Source of the DNA: Patescibacteria group bacterium
Lineage (GTDB): Bacteria; Patescibacteriota; Patescibacteriia; JAACEG01
Reading direction: 5' to 3'
Assembly: GCA_034660735.1 (NCBI GenBank)
Contig: JAYEJQ010000056.1
Location: 1 to 41,361 of the forward strand
DNA: 41,361 bases
The notes beneath the pieces are model-generated. The model did not search any database. It worked only from the letters and a program-made list of their open reading frames with translations, and was not told where the DNA came from. Of this stretch, positions 26,332 through 36,370 are shown one piece after another (positions within the stretch are counted from its first letter, which is position 1; the number at the start of each line of letters is the position of its first letter). Both the position numbers and the translations under genes were made by a program.

Positions 26332-27174
26332 TTAAGAAATTAATTTTAATTTATCGCAAATTTTATCAATAAGCCATTGAGGCGCGGACGCTCCAGCGCT
26401 AACGCCAACCGTTTTGAATTTAGAAAATTTTTTTAAATTTAATTTTTTAACGTTGTTTATAAAAAAAGAATTTTTATTTTTTTGTTTAGCTATTTGAAAT
26501 AATCTTGTTGAATTAGCGCTTTTTTTGTCGCCAACAACAATAATTGCGTCATTCTTTTTAGCTAAATTTTTAATATCTTCCTGTCTATCTTTAGTTGTCT
26601 GGCAGATTGTATTAAATATTTTTAATTTTTTGATTTTTTTTAGTAAAATATCTGCAATTTCCATAAAATTTTTTTGGTTTTGCGTTGTCTGGCTCACAAA
26701 CAACGCATTTTTAAATTTAGAAAAATCAATATTTTGCAAATCTTTAATTTTAGAGATAATAACAGCTTGATAATCACACCAACTGTTGACGCCTTTTATT
26801 TCTTTATGATTTTTATCTCCAAAAATTATTATTTTTTTACCTTGCTTGTAAAATTTATGAACAATTTGCTGCAGTCTATTTACTTTCGGGCAAGTCGTGT
26901 CAATAATATTCAATTTTTTATTTTTAGCTTTAAAAATAATTTTTTTTTCTATTCCGTGAGCGGTTATTATAACAGTTCCTTTTTGAATATTGTTTATAGA
27001 ACTGATTTTTTTAATTCCTAATGATTTTATTTTTTTAACAATTTCTTGATTATGGCATAAGTCACCTAAAATATATATGTCTTCATCGTATTTCCCAACA
27101 TAATCCACAACCGTTTGATATGCCTTTTCAACGCCTTGGCAAAATCCAGCGAATTTACTGATTGTTATTTTCAT
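26332..27174 (-). CDS. ispH: 4-hydroxy-3-methylbut-2-enyl diphosphate reductase
   Basis: 280 aa. GFCQGV, TCPKV, Cys triad spacing, SANS motif. Confidence 0.85.
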   Translation of the reverse strand: MKITISKFAGFCQGVEKAYQTVVDYVGKYDEDIYILGDLCHNQEIVKKIKSLGIKKISSINNIQKGTVIITAHGIEKKIIFKAKNKKLNIIDTTCPKVNRLQQIVHKFYKQGKKIIIFGDKNHKEIKGVNSWCDYQAVIISKIKDLQNIDFSKFKNALFVSQTTQNQKNFMEIADILLKKIKKLKIFNTICQTTKDRQEDIKNLAKKNDAIIVVGDKKSANSTRLFQIAKQKNKNSFFINNVKKLNLKKFSKFKTVGVSAGASAPQWLIDKICDKLKLIS

Positions 27175-27226
27175 AAGTTATTAGATTTGTTATGTAATAA
27201 ATTTCTACTGTAATTTTAATCTTTTT

Positions 27227-27300
27227 GCCAAATTTTTGAAAAAATTTGCCTAACCCCGTAGTCCTACGGGGCGTTACAAAATTTATTACGCGACAAGTCT
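27227..27300 (+). mobile_element. Family-B element, right-half copy, ending 1 nt from the ispG stop codon
   Basis: gccaaatttttgaaaaaatttgcctaa-ccccgtagtcctacgggg-cgttacaaaatttattacgcgacaagtct. Confidence 0.6.
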
Positions 27301-27301
27301 A

Positions 27302-28357
27302 TTAAAATTTATTAAGTTCTTTTATAAATTCATTTAATAATTTTTTTTCTTTGACTTTTTTAATAATTTTTCCCTTTTTGCAAATCAGCCCGCAGTTTTT
27401 TCCGCCAATTACAGCAATATCCGCCTCGCGCGCTTCTCCTGGACCGTTCACAACGCATCCCATTACAGCGATATGTATCGGTTTTTTATAATTGGAAACC
27501 GCCCTCTCTATTTTTTTAGTTAAAGCGATTAAGTCAATTTCTGTCCGTCCGCAAGTCGGACAACTAGTTATTATCGGACCGAAATTTCTCAAATTCAGAG
27601 AGCTAAGTATTTCTTTAGCGACTTTTATCTCTTCTACTGAATCTGCTGTTAAGGATACGCGGATTGTGTCGCCGATTCCTTTATATAAAAGATGCCCGAT
27701 TCCGATCGCGGACATTATTGTTCCGCGAAAAACCGTCCCTGCTTCGGTTATGCCAATATGCAGAGGATAGTCAGATTTCGTGCTTAATAATTTATATGCC
27801 TCTACGGTTCTTTCTATATCTGACGCTTTTAGCGAGACAGCGATGTCTGTAAAATTTAATTTTTCTAAAATATCTATATGCCTAATCGCTGATTCAACCA
27901 TTGCGTGCGCGGTCGCCTTATTTTTATGTTTATTTAGAATATCTTTTTCCAATGATCCAGCGTTAACTCCGATACGAATCGGTATTTTTTTGCTTTGCGC
28001 CGTTTTAACAACCGCGGCAATTTTTTCTTTTGATCCTATGTTTCCTGGATTTATTCTTAATTTATCAACCCCTTGCCTGATCGCTTCTAACGCTAAACCG
28101 CTTGAAAAATGAATATCAGCCACTAATGGAATTTTAATTTTAGCTTTTATCTCGCTTAAATTTTTCGCCGCCGCCATATTGGGAACAGCAACTCTGATAA
28201 TTTCACATCCCGCTTTTTCTAATTTTTTTATCTGTCTAACTGTTTTTATTAAATCAGCAGTATCCGTGTTTGTCATTGATTGAATTGAAATAGGGGAGTT
28301 TCCGCCGATAAATAAATTGCCGACTTTAATTTTTTTTGTTTTTTTTCTATTTTGCAT
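27302..28357 (-). CDS. ispG: 4-hydroxy-3-methylbut-2-en-1-yl diphosphate synthase
   Basis: 351 aa. VQSMTNT-type N-terminus (IQSMTNTDT), SCPTCGR, MGCVVNGPGE. Confidence 0.9.
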   Translation of the reverse strand: MQNRKKTKKIKVGNLFIGGNSPISIQSMTNTDTADLIKTVRQIKKLEKAGCEIIRVAVPNMAAAKNLSEIKAKIKIPLVADIHFSSGLALEAIRQGVDKLRINPGNIGSKEKIAAVVKTAQSKKIPIRIGVNAGSLEKDILNKHKNKATAHAMVESAIRHIDILEKLNFTDIAVSLKASDIERTVEAYKLLSTKSDYPLHIGITEAGTVFRGTIMSAIGIGHLLYKGIGDTIRVSLTADSVEEIKVAKEILSSLNLRNFGPIITSCPTCGRTEIDLIALTKKIERAVSNYKKPIHIAVMGCVVNGPGEAREADIAVIGGKNCGLICKKGKIIKKVKEKKLLNEFIKELNKF

Positions 28358-29603
28358 AAATTTCAGCGCCTAATTTTTTTAGTCTTTTTACGATATTTTC
28401 ATATCCTCGTTCAATTTGGCAGACATTCCCGATAGTTGTAGTTTCTTCTGCTATTAAGCCAGCAAGTAATAATGTCATTCCCGCGCGCAGATCGGGACTG
28501 TCAACGTTTTTTCCAAAAAATTTTGTAGGTCCATTAACAATAACGCGGTGCGGATCGCACATAATAATATTAGCGCCCATTTGGTTTAACTTATCAATAA
28601 AAAATAGCCGTCCTTCAAAAATTGATTCGTGAATTAAACTCGCGCCTTTTGCCTGCGTCATTAATAATGTAAATGGCGCTTGCAAATCTGTCGGGAAACC
28701 AGGGTATTCATGCGTAATTATATCAGTATTTGTAAATTTGCTATTTGGCAAGGTCTTAATAAAATTTTTTCCGATTTCTAATTTTCCGCCAACGTTTTTT
28801 ATCATCAATAAAAAATTTTCTAAATGTGAAGGATCGCAGTCTGAAATTTTTATTTTACTATTTGTTAAAAGCCCCATAACAACAAAAGTTCCAGCCTCTA
28901 TTCTGTCTGGGATAATAGTTGTATTTTTAGCGTTTAATTTTTTTACGCCGTCAATAATAATTACAGATGTTCCAGCTCCTTTAATTTTAGCTCCACAATT
29001 ATTTAGGTGTTCTGCCAAAGCTGAAATTTCAGGCTCTTGCGCCGCATTTTTTAAGATAGTTTTGCCTTGCGCCAAAACAGCCGCCATCATCAAAGTTTCT
29101 GTTCCAGTAACTGAAATCTTTGGAAAGATATAATAACAGCCACAAAGTTTTTTCGCTTTAAAATGATAGCTGTTTTTATACTCTTTAACTTCCGCTCCTA
29201 ATGCTTTAAACCCCTTAATAAATAAATCTATTGGACGTTTCCCAATCATGCATCCGCCTGGATGCGGCAAAATGACTTCGTTGAATCGTGAAAGCATCGG
29301 GCCAGTCAATATAATAGAAGCGCGCAAACTATTGCCTAATTTTTTATCAATTTCAATTTTATCTATCCCATCAGTGGATATTTTTAACTCATTTCTTTCT
29401 GGTTTTTCATGAATACCAGCGCCTAGTTTTTCTAAAATTAAAAGCATTCTTTTAATATCACCAATTTGAGGCATATTGCTGATTTTTGTTTCGCCATTTA
29501 CTAAAACAGATGTGGCTAAAACTTTTAGAGCATGATTTTTAGCGCCCTTGACTTTAATTTCGCCGCTTAATTCGCGGCCTCCTTTAATAATGTATTGTTC
29601 CAT
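28347..29603 (-). CDS. murA: UDP-N-acetylglucosamine 1-carboxyvinyltransferase
   Basis: 418 aa. KVKGAKNHALK N-terminus, active-site loop GGCMIGKRPIDL. Confidence 0.9.
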   Translation of the reverse strand: MEQYIIKGGRELSGEIKVKGAKNHALKVLATSVLVNGETKISNMPQIGDIKRMLLILEKLGAGIHEKPERNELKISTDGIDKIEIDKKLGNSLRASIILTGPMLSRFNEVILPHPGGCMIGKRPIDLFIKGFKALGAEVKEYKNSYHFKAKKLCGCYYIFPKISVTGTETLMMAAVLAQGKTILKNAAQEPEISALAEHLNNCGAKIKGAGTSVIIIDGVKKLNAKNTTIIPDRIEAGTFVVMGLLTNSKIKISDCDPSHLENFLLMIKNVGGKLEIGKNFIKTLPNSKFTNTDIITHEYPGFPTDLQAPFTLLMTQAKGASLIHESIFEGRLFFIDKLNQMGANIIMCDPHRVIVNGPTKFFGKNVDSPDLRAGMTLLLAGLIAEETTTIGNVCQIERGYENIVKRLKKLGAEIYAK

Positions 29604-29695
29604 ATTTTTAAGTTAATATTTATTTACTATTTTATTGTAGTAAAAAAGAGCGAGGTTGTAAAGGAAAAGCAAAAAAGAGCAGATTTTTATTGGTA

Positions 29696-29724
29696 TTGAC
29701 AATTATATTTTATTTTTTTATAAT
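29696..29724 (+). promoter_or_regulatory. Consensus sigma-70-type promoter (TTGACA-17-TATAAT) of the hrcA operon
   Basis: ttgaca at 29696-29701, 17-nt spacer, tataat at 29719-29724. Confidence 0.7.
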
Positions 29725-29728
29725 ATAA

Positions 29729-29755
29729 TTAGCACTCAAATTTAGAGAGTGCTAA
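29729..29755 (+). promoter_or_regulatory. CIRCE operator (HrcA binding site)
   Basis: ttagcactc-aaatttaga-gagtgctaa is a perfect match to TTAGCACTC-N9-GAGTGCTAA, 4 nt after the -10 box. Confidence 0.9.
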
Positions 29756-29795
29756 TATAGACCTGTTAAATATTCAGTATGTCTAAAATAAATTT

Positions 29796-30473
29796 ATGCG
29801 CGATAGACGATTGCGATTATTAAATTATACCGTTAGGAGTTATATAAAAACCGCCAAGCCGATCGGATCTAATTTATTGATGGAGAGATCAGGTATGAGA
29901 ATTTCTTCGGCTACTATCCGCGGCGAGTTATTAGAATTAGAAACTGAGGGTTATCTTTATCAGCCGCATACTTCAGCTGGACGGGTGCCTACGGAAAAAG
30001 GATATAAATTTTGGCTTAAAAATTTTTTCAAAGACAAAGAGTTGAGTGAAAAAAAAAGGTCTATTTTATCAGATGCTAAAAAGCGTTTCAAGCACAACAA
30101 GGAACAGCAGTTAAAGGAAATTGCAAAAATTGCATCAGAATTATCGCGCACCACAGTGATTATCGGATTTGCGCGGAATAATTTTTATTATACAGGCATC
30201 TCCCAGCTTTTTGCACAACCGGAATTTCGCGAATATAATTTAGTTTGCAATATTTCAGAGATAGTGGATTGCCTTGACGAAAAAGCGCCTAAACTTTTTG
30301 ACTTAATCAATAAAGATATGGTAATATTGATAGGCAGTGATAATCCTTTTAGTTCAGATTGCTCAATTGTATCAGTTAATTTTAATAATAATTTATTCAT
30401 TTTATTCGGACCGATAAGAATGAATTACGAAGAAAACGCGGCGATTGTTAAATATTTAAAAAATATAATATAA
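29796..30473 (+). CDS. hrcA: Heat-inducible repressor HrcA (short form, 225 aa)
   Basis: Winged-helix N-terminus with SSATIRGELLELETEGYLYQPHTSAGRVPTEKGY. About 100 aa shorter than the ~340-aa HrcA proteins I recall. Confidence 0.8.
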   Translation: MRDRRLRLLNYTVRSYIKTAKPIGSNLLMERSGMRISSATIRGELLELETEGYLYQPHTSAGRVPTEKGYKFWLKNFFKDKELSEKKRSILSDAKKRFKHNKEQQLKEIAKIASELSRTTVIIGFARNNFYYTGISQLFAQPEFREYNLVCNISEIVDCLDEKAPKLFDLINKDMVILIGSDNPFSSDCSIVSVNFNNNLFILFGPIRMNYEENAAIVKYLKNII

Positions 30474-30475
30474 AT

Positions 30476-30964
30476 ATGAGCGAAGAAAAAAAAGATAAAA
30501 ATATAGATAAAAAAAAGAAAAAAGAGCATAAAGAAGTTAAAGAATTTGAAAGCAGATATAAGCGCGCGCTGGCGGATTATCAAAATTTATTAAGACAAAC
30601 CGCCAAAGAGAAAGAGGAATTTGCTAAATACGCAAATATGAATTTTATAATGGAAATCTTGCCAGTTGTTGATAATTTTAAAATTTCAGTTGAGCACATT
30701 CCTGAAGATCAAAAAGAAGGAGCATGGGTTCAAGGGATAATTTATATTAAAAAACAGTTGTTAGATATTTTAGCGGCAAATGGAATAGAAGAAGTAAAAA
30801 CAATCGGCGAGAAATTCAATCCTGAAATACACGAGGCGGTTGAGGATAAAAACTGTGATAAAAAAAATAAAGAAAACAAAAAAGATATTATAACCAAAGA
30901 AATTTTAAGCGGATATAAAATGAATGGAAAAACAATCAGAGCCGCAAAAGTGATTGTTGATTAA
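30476..30964 (+). CDS. grpE: Nucleotide exchange factor GrpE
   Basis: ALADYQNLLRQ, LPVVDNF, NPEIHEAV motifs. Confidence 0.9.
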   Translation: MSEEKKDKNIDKKKKKEHKEVKEFESRYKRALADYQNLLRQTAKEKEEFAKYANMNFIMEILPVVDNFKISVEHIPEDQKEGAWVQGIIYIKKQLLDILAANGIEEVKTIGEKFNPEIHEAVEDKNCDKKNKENKKDIITKEILSGYKMNGKTIRAAKVIVD

Positions 30965-31030
30965 ATAATCGATTTTTGGCGAATAATTTATCATTTAAAA
31001 AATGAAAATTAGAAGTTAAAAATTAAAAAT

Positions 31031-31459
31031 ATGTCTATTATAAAATGGAGACCTTTATTCGCTGAAGAATTCAGCGATTTCAACAAGGAGTTTGAGGATT
31101 TTGAACTAACTCAAACAAAAAATTTTGTGCCAGCAATTGATGTCTATCAAGACAAAAATAACGTAATTGTTGAAACACCATTGCCAGGCGTTGATCCTGA
31201 AAAAGTTGATATTTCTATTGAAAACGATGTTTTGGTTATTAAAGGCGAAAGCGAGGAAAAAAAGGAAATTGAAGAAAAGAATTATTACCGCAAAGAAGTG
31301 AGAAGTGGAAGTTTTTACAGAACCGTTGCGTTGCCGACTCGCGTTGTTGGAGATAAAGCAGAAGCAAATTACAAAAAAGGAATGTTGAAAATTGTAATTC
31401 CAAAAGCGCAAGAAACAAAGCCAAAGACGATTAAAATCAAGACGACAAGCAAAAAATAA
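31031..31459 (+). CDS. Hsp20/alpha-crystallin small heat-shock protein
   Basis: PAIDVYQDKNNVIVETPLPGV, FYRTVALP, GMLKIVIPK. Confidence 0.85.
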   Translation: MSIIKWRPLFAEEFSDFNKEFEDFELTQTKNFVPAIDVYQDKNNVIVETPLPGVDPEKVDISIENDVLVIKGESEEKKEIEEKNYYRKEVRSGSFYRTVALPTRVVGDKAEANYKKGMLKIVIPKAQETKPKTIKIKTTSKK

Positions 31460-31531
31460 TTTAATTGCTGGTTTTTAGCGGTTAATTTTTTAACCGCTAA
31501 ATGCGGGGGATTAAAAAAATTAAAATTTTTT

Positions 31532-31726
31532 ATGAAACAAAATAATAAAACAAAAGAGCAAGCATTTAGAAAATGGTTTGTTGATATGGTTTATGATAAT
31601 ATGGCAATGGAAGATGAGGCTGTTTTAACTAAAAAAGAGATTAGCGACAGAAGTAAAACACAAATGAATAATTTAATAAAAGAAGGAATGCATAAAAAAA
31701 TTATTTTTCCAAAAAAATATGCCTAA
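31532..31726 (+). CDS. Small protein, candidate antitoxin/inhibitor partner of the downstream Fic protein
   Basis: 64 aa. Overlaps the fic start by 8 nt. NLIKEG is a near match to the (S/T)xxxE(G/N) Fic-inhibitory motif. Confidence 0.4.
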   Translation: MKQNNKTKEQAFRKWFVDMVYDNMAMEDEAVLTKKEISDRSKTQMNNLIKEGMHKKIIFPKKYA

Positions 31727-32285
31727 ATCAAAAACACAACCTACTTTTAGAGAAACAAAATTTGGTATTTTACCTATTGTTGAAATAGAAAATAATATCA
31801 CAAATAATTTAATTAGCGTTAGAGTTTATATTTTAAGAAATTATAAAAAATTAAATATTGGAATTAAATTAGCAAAAGATTTGCATTTAAAATTGTCTGG
31901 AAGTTTATTTGATGAAGCTGGAAATTTTAGAAAAAGGCAAGTAGAATTAGGCGAATATGAACCGCCGAGTTATTTTAAAATTTTGGAAATGATGAAAAAT
32001 TGGGAAGCCGATTTTAATGAAAGAAAAAAATTTATTAAAACATCAGACGGTCATATTGAAATATTGGCGTGGATGATGCACAAATTTTTATGGATACATC
32101 CGTTTTTTGATTATAATGGCAGAATCTCTAGATTATTAGGAGAAATATATTTATTGCAAAATAATTTACCGGTTATGAGTTTTATGGGGGTTAAAAGAAA
32201 TGAATTTGCAGAAGCGATGAAATCAATAACTTTTAAAAATAATTTAAGCGGAATTATTAAGATTATTAAAAAGAATTTAAAATAA
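31719..32285 (+). CDS. Fic/DOC family protein
   Basis: HPFFDYNGRISR matches HxFx(D/E)GNGRxxR except for Tyr in place of the first Gly. No internal (S/T)xxxE(G/N) motif found. AT-rich. Confidence 0.75.
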   Translation: MPKSKTQPTFRETKFGILPIVEIENNITNNLISVRVYILRNYKKLNIGIKLAKDLHLKLSGSLFDEAGNFRKRQVELGEYEPPSYFKILEMMKNWEADFNERKKFIKTSDGHIEILAWMMHKFLWIHPFFDYNGRISRLLGEIYLLQNNLPVMSFMGVKRNEFAEAMKSITFKNNLSGIIKIIKKNLK

Positions 32286-32413
32286 TTCAACAGACAATTT
32301 TTAGCAGTTAGTTTTTATTAGTTGTTAAAAATTGTAAATTGAAAATTTACAAAAAGAAAAGAGCATAGTTCCTCAGTCCATGCTCTTGGTTTAAATTTTT
32401 TGGTTTATTTTTT

Positions 32414-32602
32414 TTAAAAAAGACCAAACTTTTCCATGGTCTTTTTTTTACCTCTCCTTTCCCCTATACTGAAAAAAGAGAAAAACCCAGCCCAGACAAT
32501 GCCAAGAATAAAGGCATTATCTGCACACTGATTTTGGAAAAAAATGTAAAAAGCAGATATTCCTAAAAAAAATATTATTGTAAAATAATCAAAAAATTTC
32601 AT
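32414..32602 (-). CDS. Small two-TM membrane protein
   Basis: 62 aa. Strong SD (aaaggaggag) 6-8 nt upstream of the ATG on the minus strand. Confidence 0.5.
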   Translation of the reverse strand: MKFFDYFTIIFFLGISAFYIFFQNQCADNAFILGIVWAGFFSFFSIGERRGKKKTMEKFGLF

Positions 32603-32786
32603 TTCTTCTCCTCCTTTTCAGTTAATTTGAAAATTAAAAATTATTTTGAATAATTTAATATATCATAATTTATAAATAAATCAATAGATATTAAGTAAAA
32701 ATTTTAAATTGCAAAATAATAATTTTGTAATTTAAAATAAATTATTATAAAATAATTGCTTAATAATCTATGAGATAAATAAATTT

Positions 32787-34763
32787 ATGGCAAAAATTTT
32801 AGGTATTGATCTTGGGACTACAAATTCAGCAATGGCGATTGTTGAAGGCGGAAAACCAAAGATTTTAGAAAACAAAGAAGGAAACCGCACTACGCCGTCA
32901 GTCGTGGCAGTTTCAAAAACAGGCGAACGGCTTGTCGGGCAAGTTGCTAAAAGACAGGCGGTTACAAATTCCAAAAATACGATTTTTTCAGTCAAGAGAT
33001 TAATCGGACGCCGTTTTGAAGACGAGACAATTCAAGATGACATAAAAATGGTGCCGTATAAAATAGAGAAAGCGGGAGAAGGAGTCAAGGTAAAAATGCA
33101 GGATAAAGAACATACGCCCCAAGAAATTTCTGCGATAATTTTACAGAAATTAAAAGCAGATGCAGAGGAAAAATTAGGAGAAAAAATAGAAGAGGTTGTA
33201 ATAACCGTTCCAGCATATTTTGACGACGCTCAGAGACAGGCGACAAAAGACGCTGGCGAAATAGCCGGGTTGAAAGTAAAAAGAATAATCAATGAACCGA
33301 CTGCGGCCGCGTTGGCTTACGGTTTTGATAAAAACAAAGGCGAACAAGTAGTTGTCTATGATTTAGGAGGCGGAACTTTTGATGTCTCGGTTCTTGATAT
33401 TGGCGATGATACAGTTGAAGTAAAATCCACTCATGGAGACACTCATTTAGGAGGAGATGATTTTGATCAAAGAATTATAACTTGGATTATTGATGAATTT
33501 AAAAAAGATCAAGGAATTGATTTAAGCAACGATCAATTAGCGTTGCAAAGATTAAAAGAATCCGCTGAAAAAGCAAAACACGAACTTTCAACAACAACGG
33601 AAACAGAGATCAATCAGCCGTTTATCACAACAGACGACTCAGGACCAAAGCATTTAGTGATAAAAATGACAAGAGCGAAATTAGAGGAGATTGTTGGCGA
33701 TTTAGTTGAAAAGACTTTAGAGCCTTGTAAGAAATCTTTAGAGGATGCGAAATTAAAAGTTAGCGATATTGAGCAGGTAATTTTAGTAGGAGGAATGACA
33801 AGGATGCCTTTGATTCAACAAACAGTTGAAAAATTTTTTAATAAAAAGCCGAATATTACCGTAAATCCAGACGAGGTCGTGGCTTTGGGCGCGGCTGTGC
33901 AAGCGGGAGTTTTACAAGGCGATGTAAAAGATGTTTTACTGCTTGATGTTACGCCGTTGACTTTGGGGATTGAAACATTAGGCGGAGTTTCTACGCCATT
34001 GATTGAAAAGAACACAACAATTCCAACTTCTAAAAGCCAAATTTTTTCAACAGCCGCTGACGGACAAACATCAGTTGAAATAAATGTTTCGCAAGGCGAA
34101 CGATCAATGATGACGGATAATAAAAGTTTAGGAAGGTTTATTCTTTCTGGAATTCCGCCATCACCGCGCGGCGTACCTCAGGTAGAAGTAAGTTTTGATA
34201 TTGACGCGAACGGAATTTTAAATGTTAAAGCAAAAGACAAGGCAAGCGGAAAAGAGCAATCAATTACCATTACAGCTTCATCAGGGCTTTCAAAAGAGGA
34301 AATAGAAAAAATGAAAAAAGACGCGGAAGCGCACGCCGATGACGATAAGAAAAAACGAGAAGAAACGGAAATTAAAAATGGCGCGGATTCGGCTGTTTTT
34401 CAAACCGAGAAAACACTAAAAGAGATGGGCGACAAAGTAAAACCTGAAATTAAAAAAGAGATTGACGAAAAATTAGAAGCATTGAAAAAAGTAAAAGACG
34501 GAACCGATTTTGAAGCGACAAAAAAAGCAATGGAAGATTTGACCAATTCAGTGACGAAAATCGGCGCGGAAATGTATAAAGACCAGCAAGCGCAATCAGG
34601 AATGCCAGGAGCTGAGCAAGCGGGAAAACAGGCTGGGGAAGAAAAGAAAAAAGAACCAGTTGAAGGAGAATATGAAGATGTAAATAAAGACAAAAAAGAA
34701 AACAGCGATAAAAAAGACGAGGAAAAGAAAGATGGTGAAAAGAAAGACGGTGAAAAGAAATAA
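32787..34763 (+). CDS. dnaK: Chaperone DnaK (Hsp70) with a K/E/D-rich C-terminal tail
   Basis: [28 protein letters not shown] signatures. Confidence 0.97.
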   Translation: MAKILGIDLGTTNSAMAIVEGGKPKILENKEGNRTTPSVVAVSKTGERLVGQVAKRQAVTNSKNTIFSVKRLIGRRFEDETIQDDIKMVPYKIEKAGEGVKVKMQDKEHTPQEISAIILQKLKADAEEKLGEKIEEVVITVPAYFDDAQRQATKDAGEIAGLKVKRIINEPTAAALAYGFDKNKGEQVVVYDLGGGTFDVSVLDIGDDTVEVKSTHGDTHLGGDDFDQRIITWIIDEFKKDQGIDLSNDQLALQRLKESAEKAKHELSTTTETEINQPFITTDDSGPKHLVIKMTRAKLEEIVGDLVEKTLEPCKKSLEDAKLKVSDIEQVILVGGMTRMPLIQQTVEKFFNKKPNITVNPDEVVALGAAVQAGVLQGDVKDVLLLDVTPLTLGIETLGGVSTPLIEKNTTIPTSKSQIFSTAADGQTSVEINVSQGERSMMTDNKSLGRFILSGIPPSPRGVPQVEVSFDIDANGILNVKAKDKASGKEQSITITASSGLSKEEIEKMKKDAEAHADDDKKKREETEIKNGADSAVFQTEKTLKEMGDKVKPEIKKEIDEKLEALKKVKDGTDFEATKKAMEDLTNSVTKIGAEMYKDQQAQSGMPGAEQAGKQAGEEKKKEPVEGEYEDVNKDKKENSDKKDEEKKDGEKKDGEKK

Positions 34764-34776
34764 AACTGATTATGTT

Positions 34777-34802
34777 ATTGCCCGTATGAAAATACGGGCA
34801 AT
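34777..34802 (+). terminator. Hairpin after dnaK (possible attenuating terminator)
   Basis: attgcccgtat-gaaa-atacgggcaat. The T-run is displaced (gttagttttttt). Confidence 0.45.
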
Positions 34803-34967
34803 AGATTTAGTTAGTTTTTTTAAGAGATAAATTATGAAATGTTATTCTAAATCAACTGAAATTGTTACAAAATGTAACGGTTTAAAAATGATAGCGCCTG
34901 TGCGCGGAGGTTATAAAAAATTAAGATAAAAATTTAAAATAGTTTAAAATAATTAAATATAAATTTT

Positions 34968-35270
34968 ATGGACAACAAACAACCGCAGCCAAAACAAGGG
35001 CAGCAGCAAATTAAAATCGCTGACAATATTCCCGGCGCGGAATACAGTAATTTGGCGAATATCAGCCATAATAAAGAAGAATTTCAGATTGTTTTTGCTA
35101 ATGTTATGCCACCGTCAGGCAGAGTAGTTGGAAAGATTATCGCTACGCCAGGACATTTTAAAAGGATTATCGCGGCAATGAAAGATAATTTAAAAAAGTA
35201 TGAAGAAAAATTCGGCGAAGTAAAGGAAGCCGCAAATTTAGGCGAAAAAGAAATTGGTTTTAAAAATTAA
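34968..35270 (+). CDS. DUF3467-like protein
   Basis: 100 aa. YSNLANISHNKEEFQIVF...ATPGHFKRIIAAMKDNLKKYEEKFG resembles the DUF3467 pattern as I recall it. Confidence 0.55.
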   Translation: MDNKQPQPKQGQQQIKIADNIPGAEYSNLANISHNKEEFQIVFANVMPPSGRVVGKIIATPGHFKRIIAAMKDNLKKYEEKFGEVKEAANLGEKEIGFKN

Positions 35271-35278
35271 TAAATTTT

Positions 35279-36370
35279 ATGCAAAAAGATTATTATAATA
35301 TATTAGGGGTTAATAAAAGTTCATCAGCTGACGAAATTAAAAAAGCTTTTCGGAAATTAGCGCACAAGTATCATCCAGACAAAAAAGGCGGGGACGAGAC
35401 AAAATTTAAAGAGATAAACGAGGCTTACCAAGTTTTATCAAATCCGCAAAAAAAACAGCAATACGACCAATTCGGACAGACGTTTGACCAAACTCAGGCA
35501 GGCGGAGAAGGATTTAGCGGGTTTGACGATTTTAGCGGATTTTCTGGATTTAATTCTGGATTTAGTTCAGGCGGCGGTGTTGAGTTTGATTTGGGGGATA
35601 TTTTAGGCGATTTTTTCGGAGGCGGAAGAAAAACAGGAAGGGCTGCGAGAGGCAGAGATATTCAAGCAGATATAACTATAGAATTTTTAGAGATGATAAC
35701 TGGCGCGGAAAAAGAGATTGAGATTTTTAAAAATTCGGTTTGCGATAACTGCGGCGGGACAGGCGATGATCCTAAAAGTGAACAAAAAATTTGTTCAACC
35801 TGTAACGGGAAAGGCGAGATAAAAAAAATGCGTCAGACAATGTTCGGATCCATGGCAACATCCGCGATCTGCCCAGACTGTAATGGAGAAGGAAAAATTG
35901 CCTCAAAAAAATGCGAGGTTTGCAAAGGTACCGGCGTTATAAAAGAGAAAGAAAAAATTAAAATCAAAATTCCAATGGGAATAAACGAAGGGGAAAGCAT
36001 AAGAATATCTGGAAAAGGCGAAGCAATCAAAAAAGGCGCGGCAGGCGATTTATATATAGTTATTCATATTAGACAAGGTACTGAATTTTTAAGAGTTGGC
36101 GATGATATCAATACAGTGAAGCTGATAAAATTAACGCAGGCTATTTTGGGCGATAAAATAGAAGTTGACACTCCCGAAGGAAAGGTTAAGTTAAAAATTC
36201 CAGAAGGGATAGAATCAGGAACTGAATTTCGCTTGAGAGGAAAGGGAATTCCGCATTTAAGAGGTTTTGGAAGAGGCGATTTAATAATTAAAATCATAAT
36301 AACAATTCCAAAACGGCTCACGCGAGCGCAGAAAAAAATAATAAAAGAATTAGAAAAAGAAGGATTATAA
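35279..36370 (+). CDS. dnaJ: Co-chaperone DnaJ
   Basis: J domain with HPD (KYHPDKK), G/F region, four CxxCxGxG zinc-finger repeats. Confidence 0.95.
   Translation: MQKDYYNILGVNKSSSADEIKKAFRKLAHKYHPDKKGGDETKFKEINEAYQVLSNPQKKQQYDQFGQTFDQTQAGGEGFSGFDDFSGFSGFNSGFSSGGGVEFDLGDILGDFFGGGRKTGRAARGRDIQADITIEFLEMITGAEKEIEIFKNSVCDNCGGTGDDPKSEQKICSTCNGKGEIKKMRQTMFGSMATSAICPDCNGEGKIASKKCEVCKGTGVIKEKEKIKIKIPMGINEGESIRISGKGEAIKKGAAGDLYIVIHIRQGTEFLRVGDDINTVKLIKLTQAILGDKIEVDTPEGKVKLKIPEGIESGTEFRLRGKGIPHLRGFGRGDLIIKIIITIPKRLTRAQKKIIKELEKEGL

Noticed and set aside
32603-32786. A second CIRCE or obvious promoter upstream of dnaK
   Set aside because: I scanned for ttagcactc / gagtgctaa and found none. The region is featureless AT-rich sequence.
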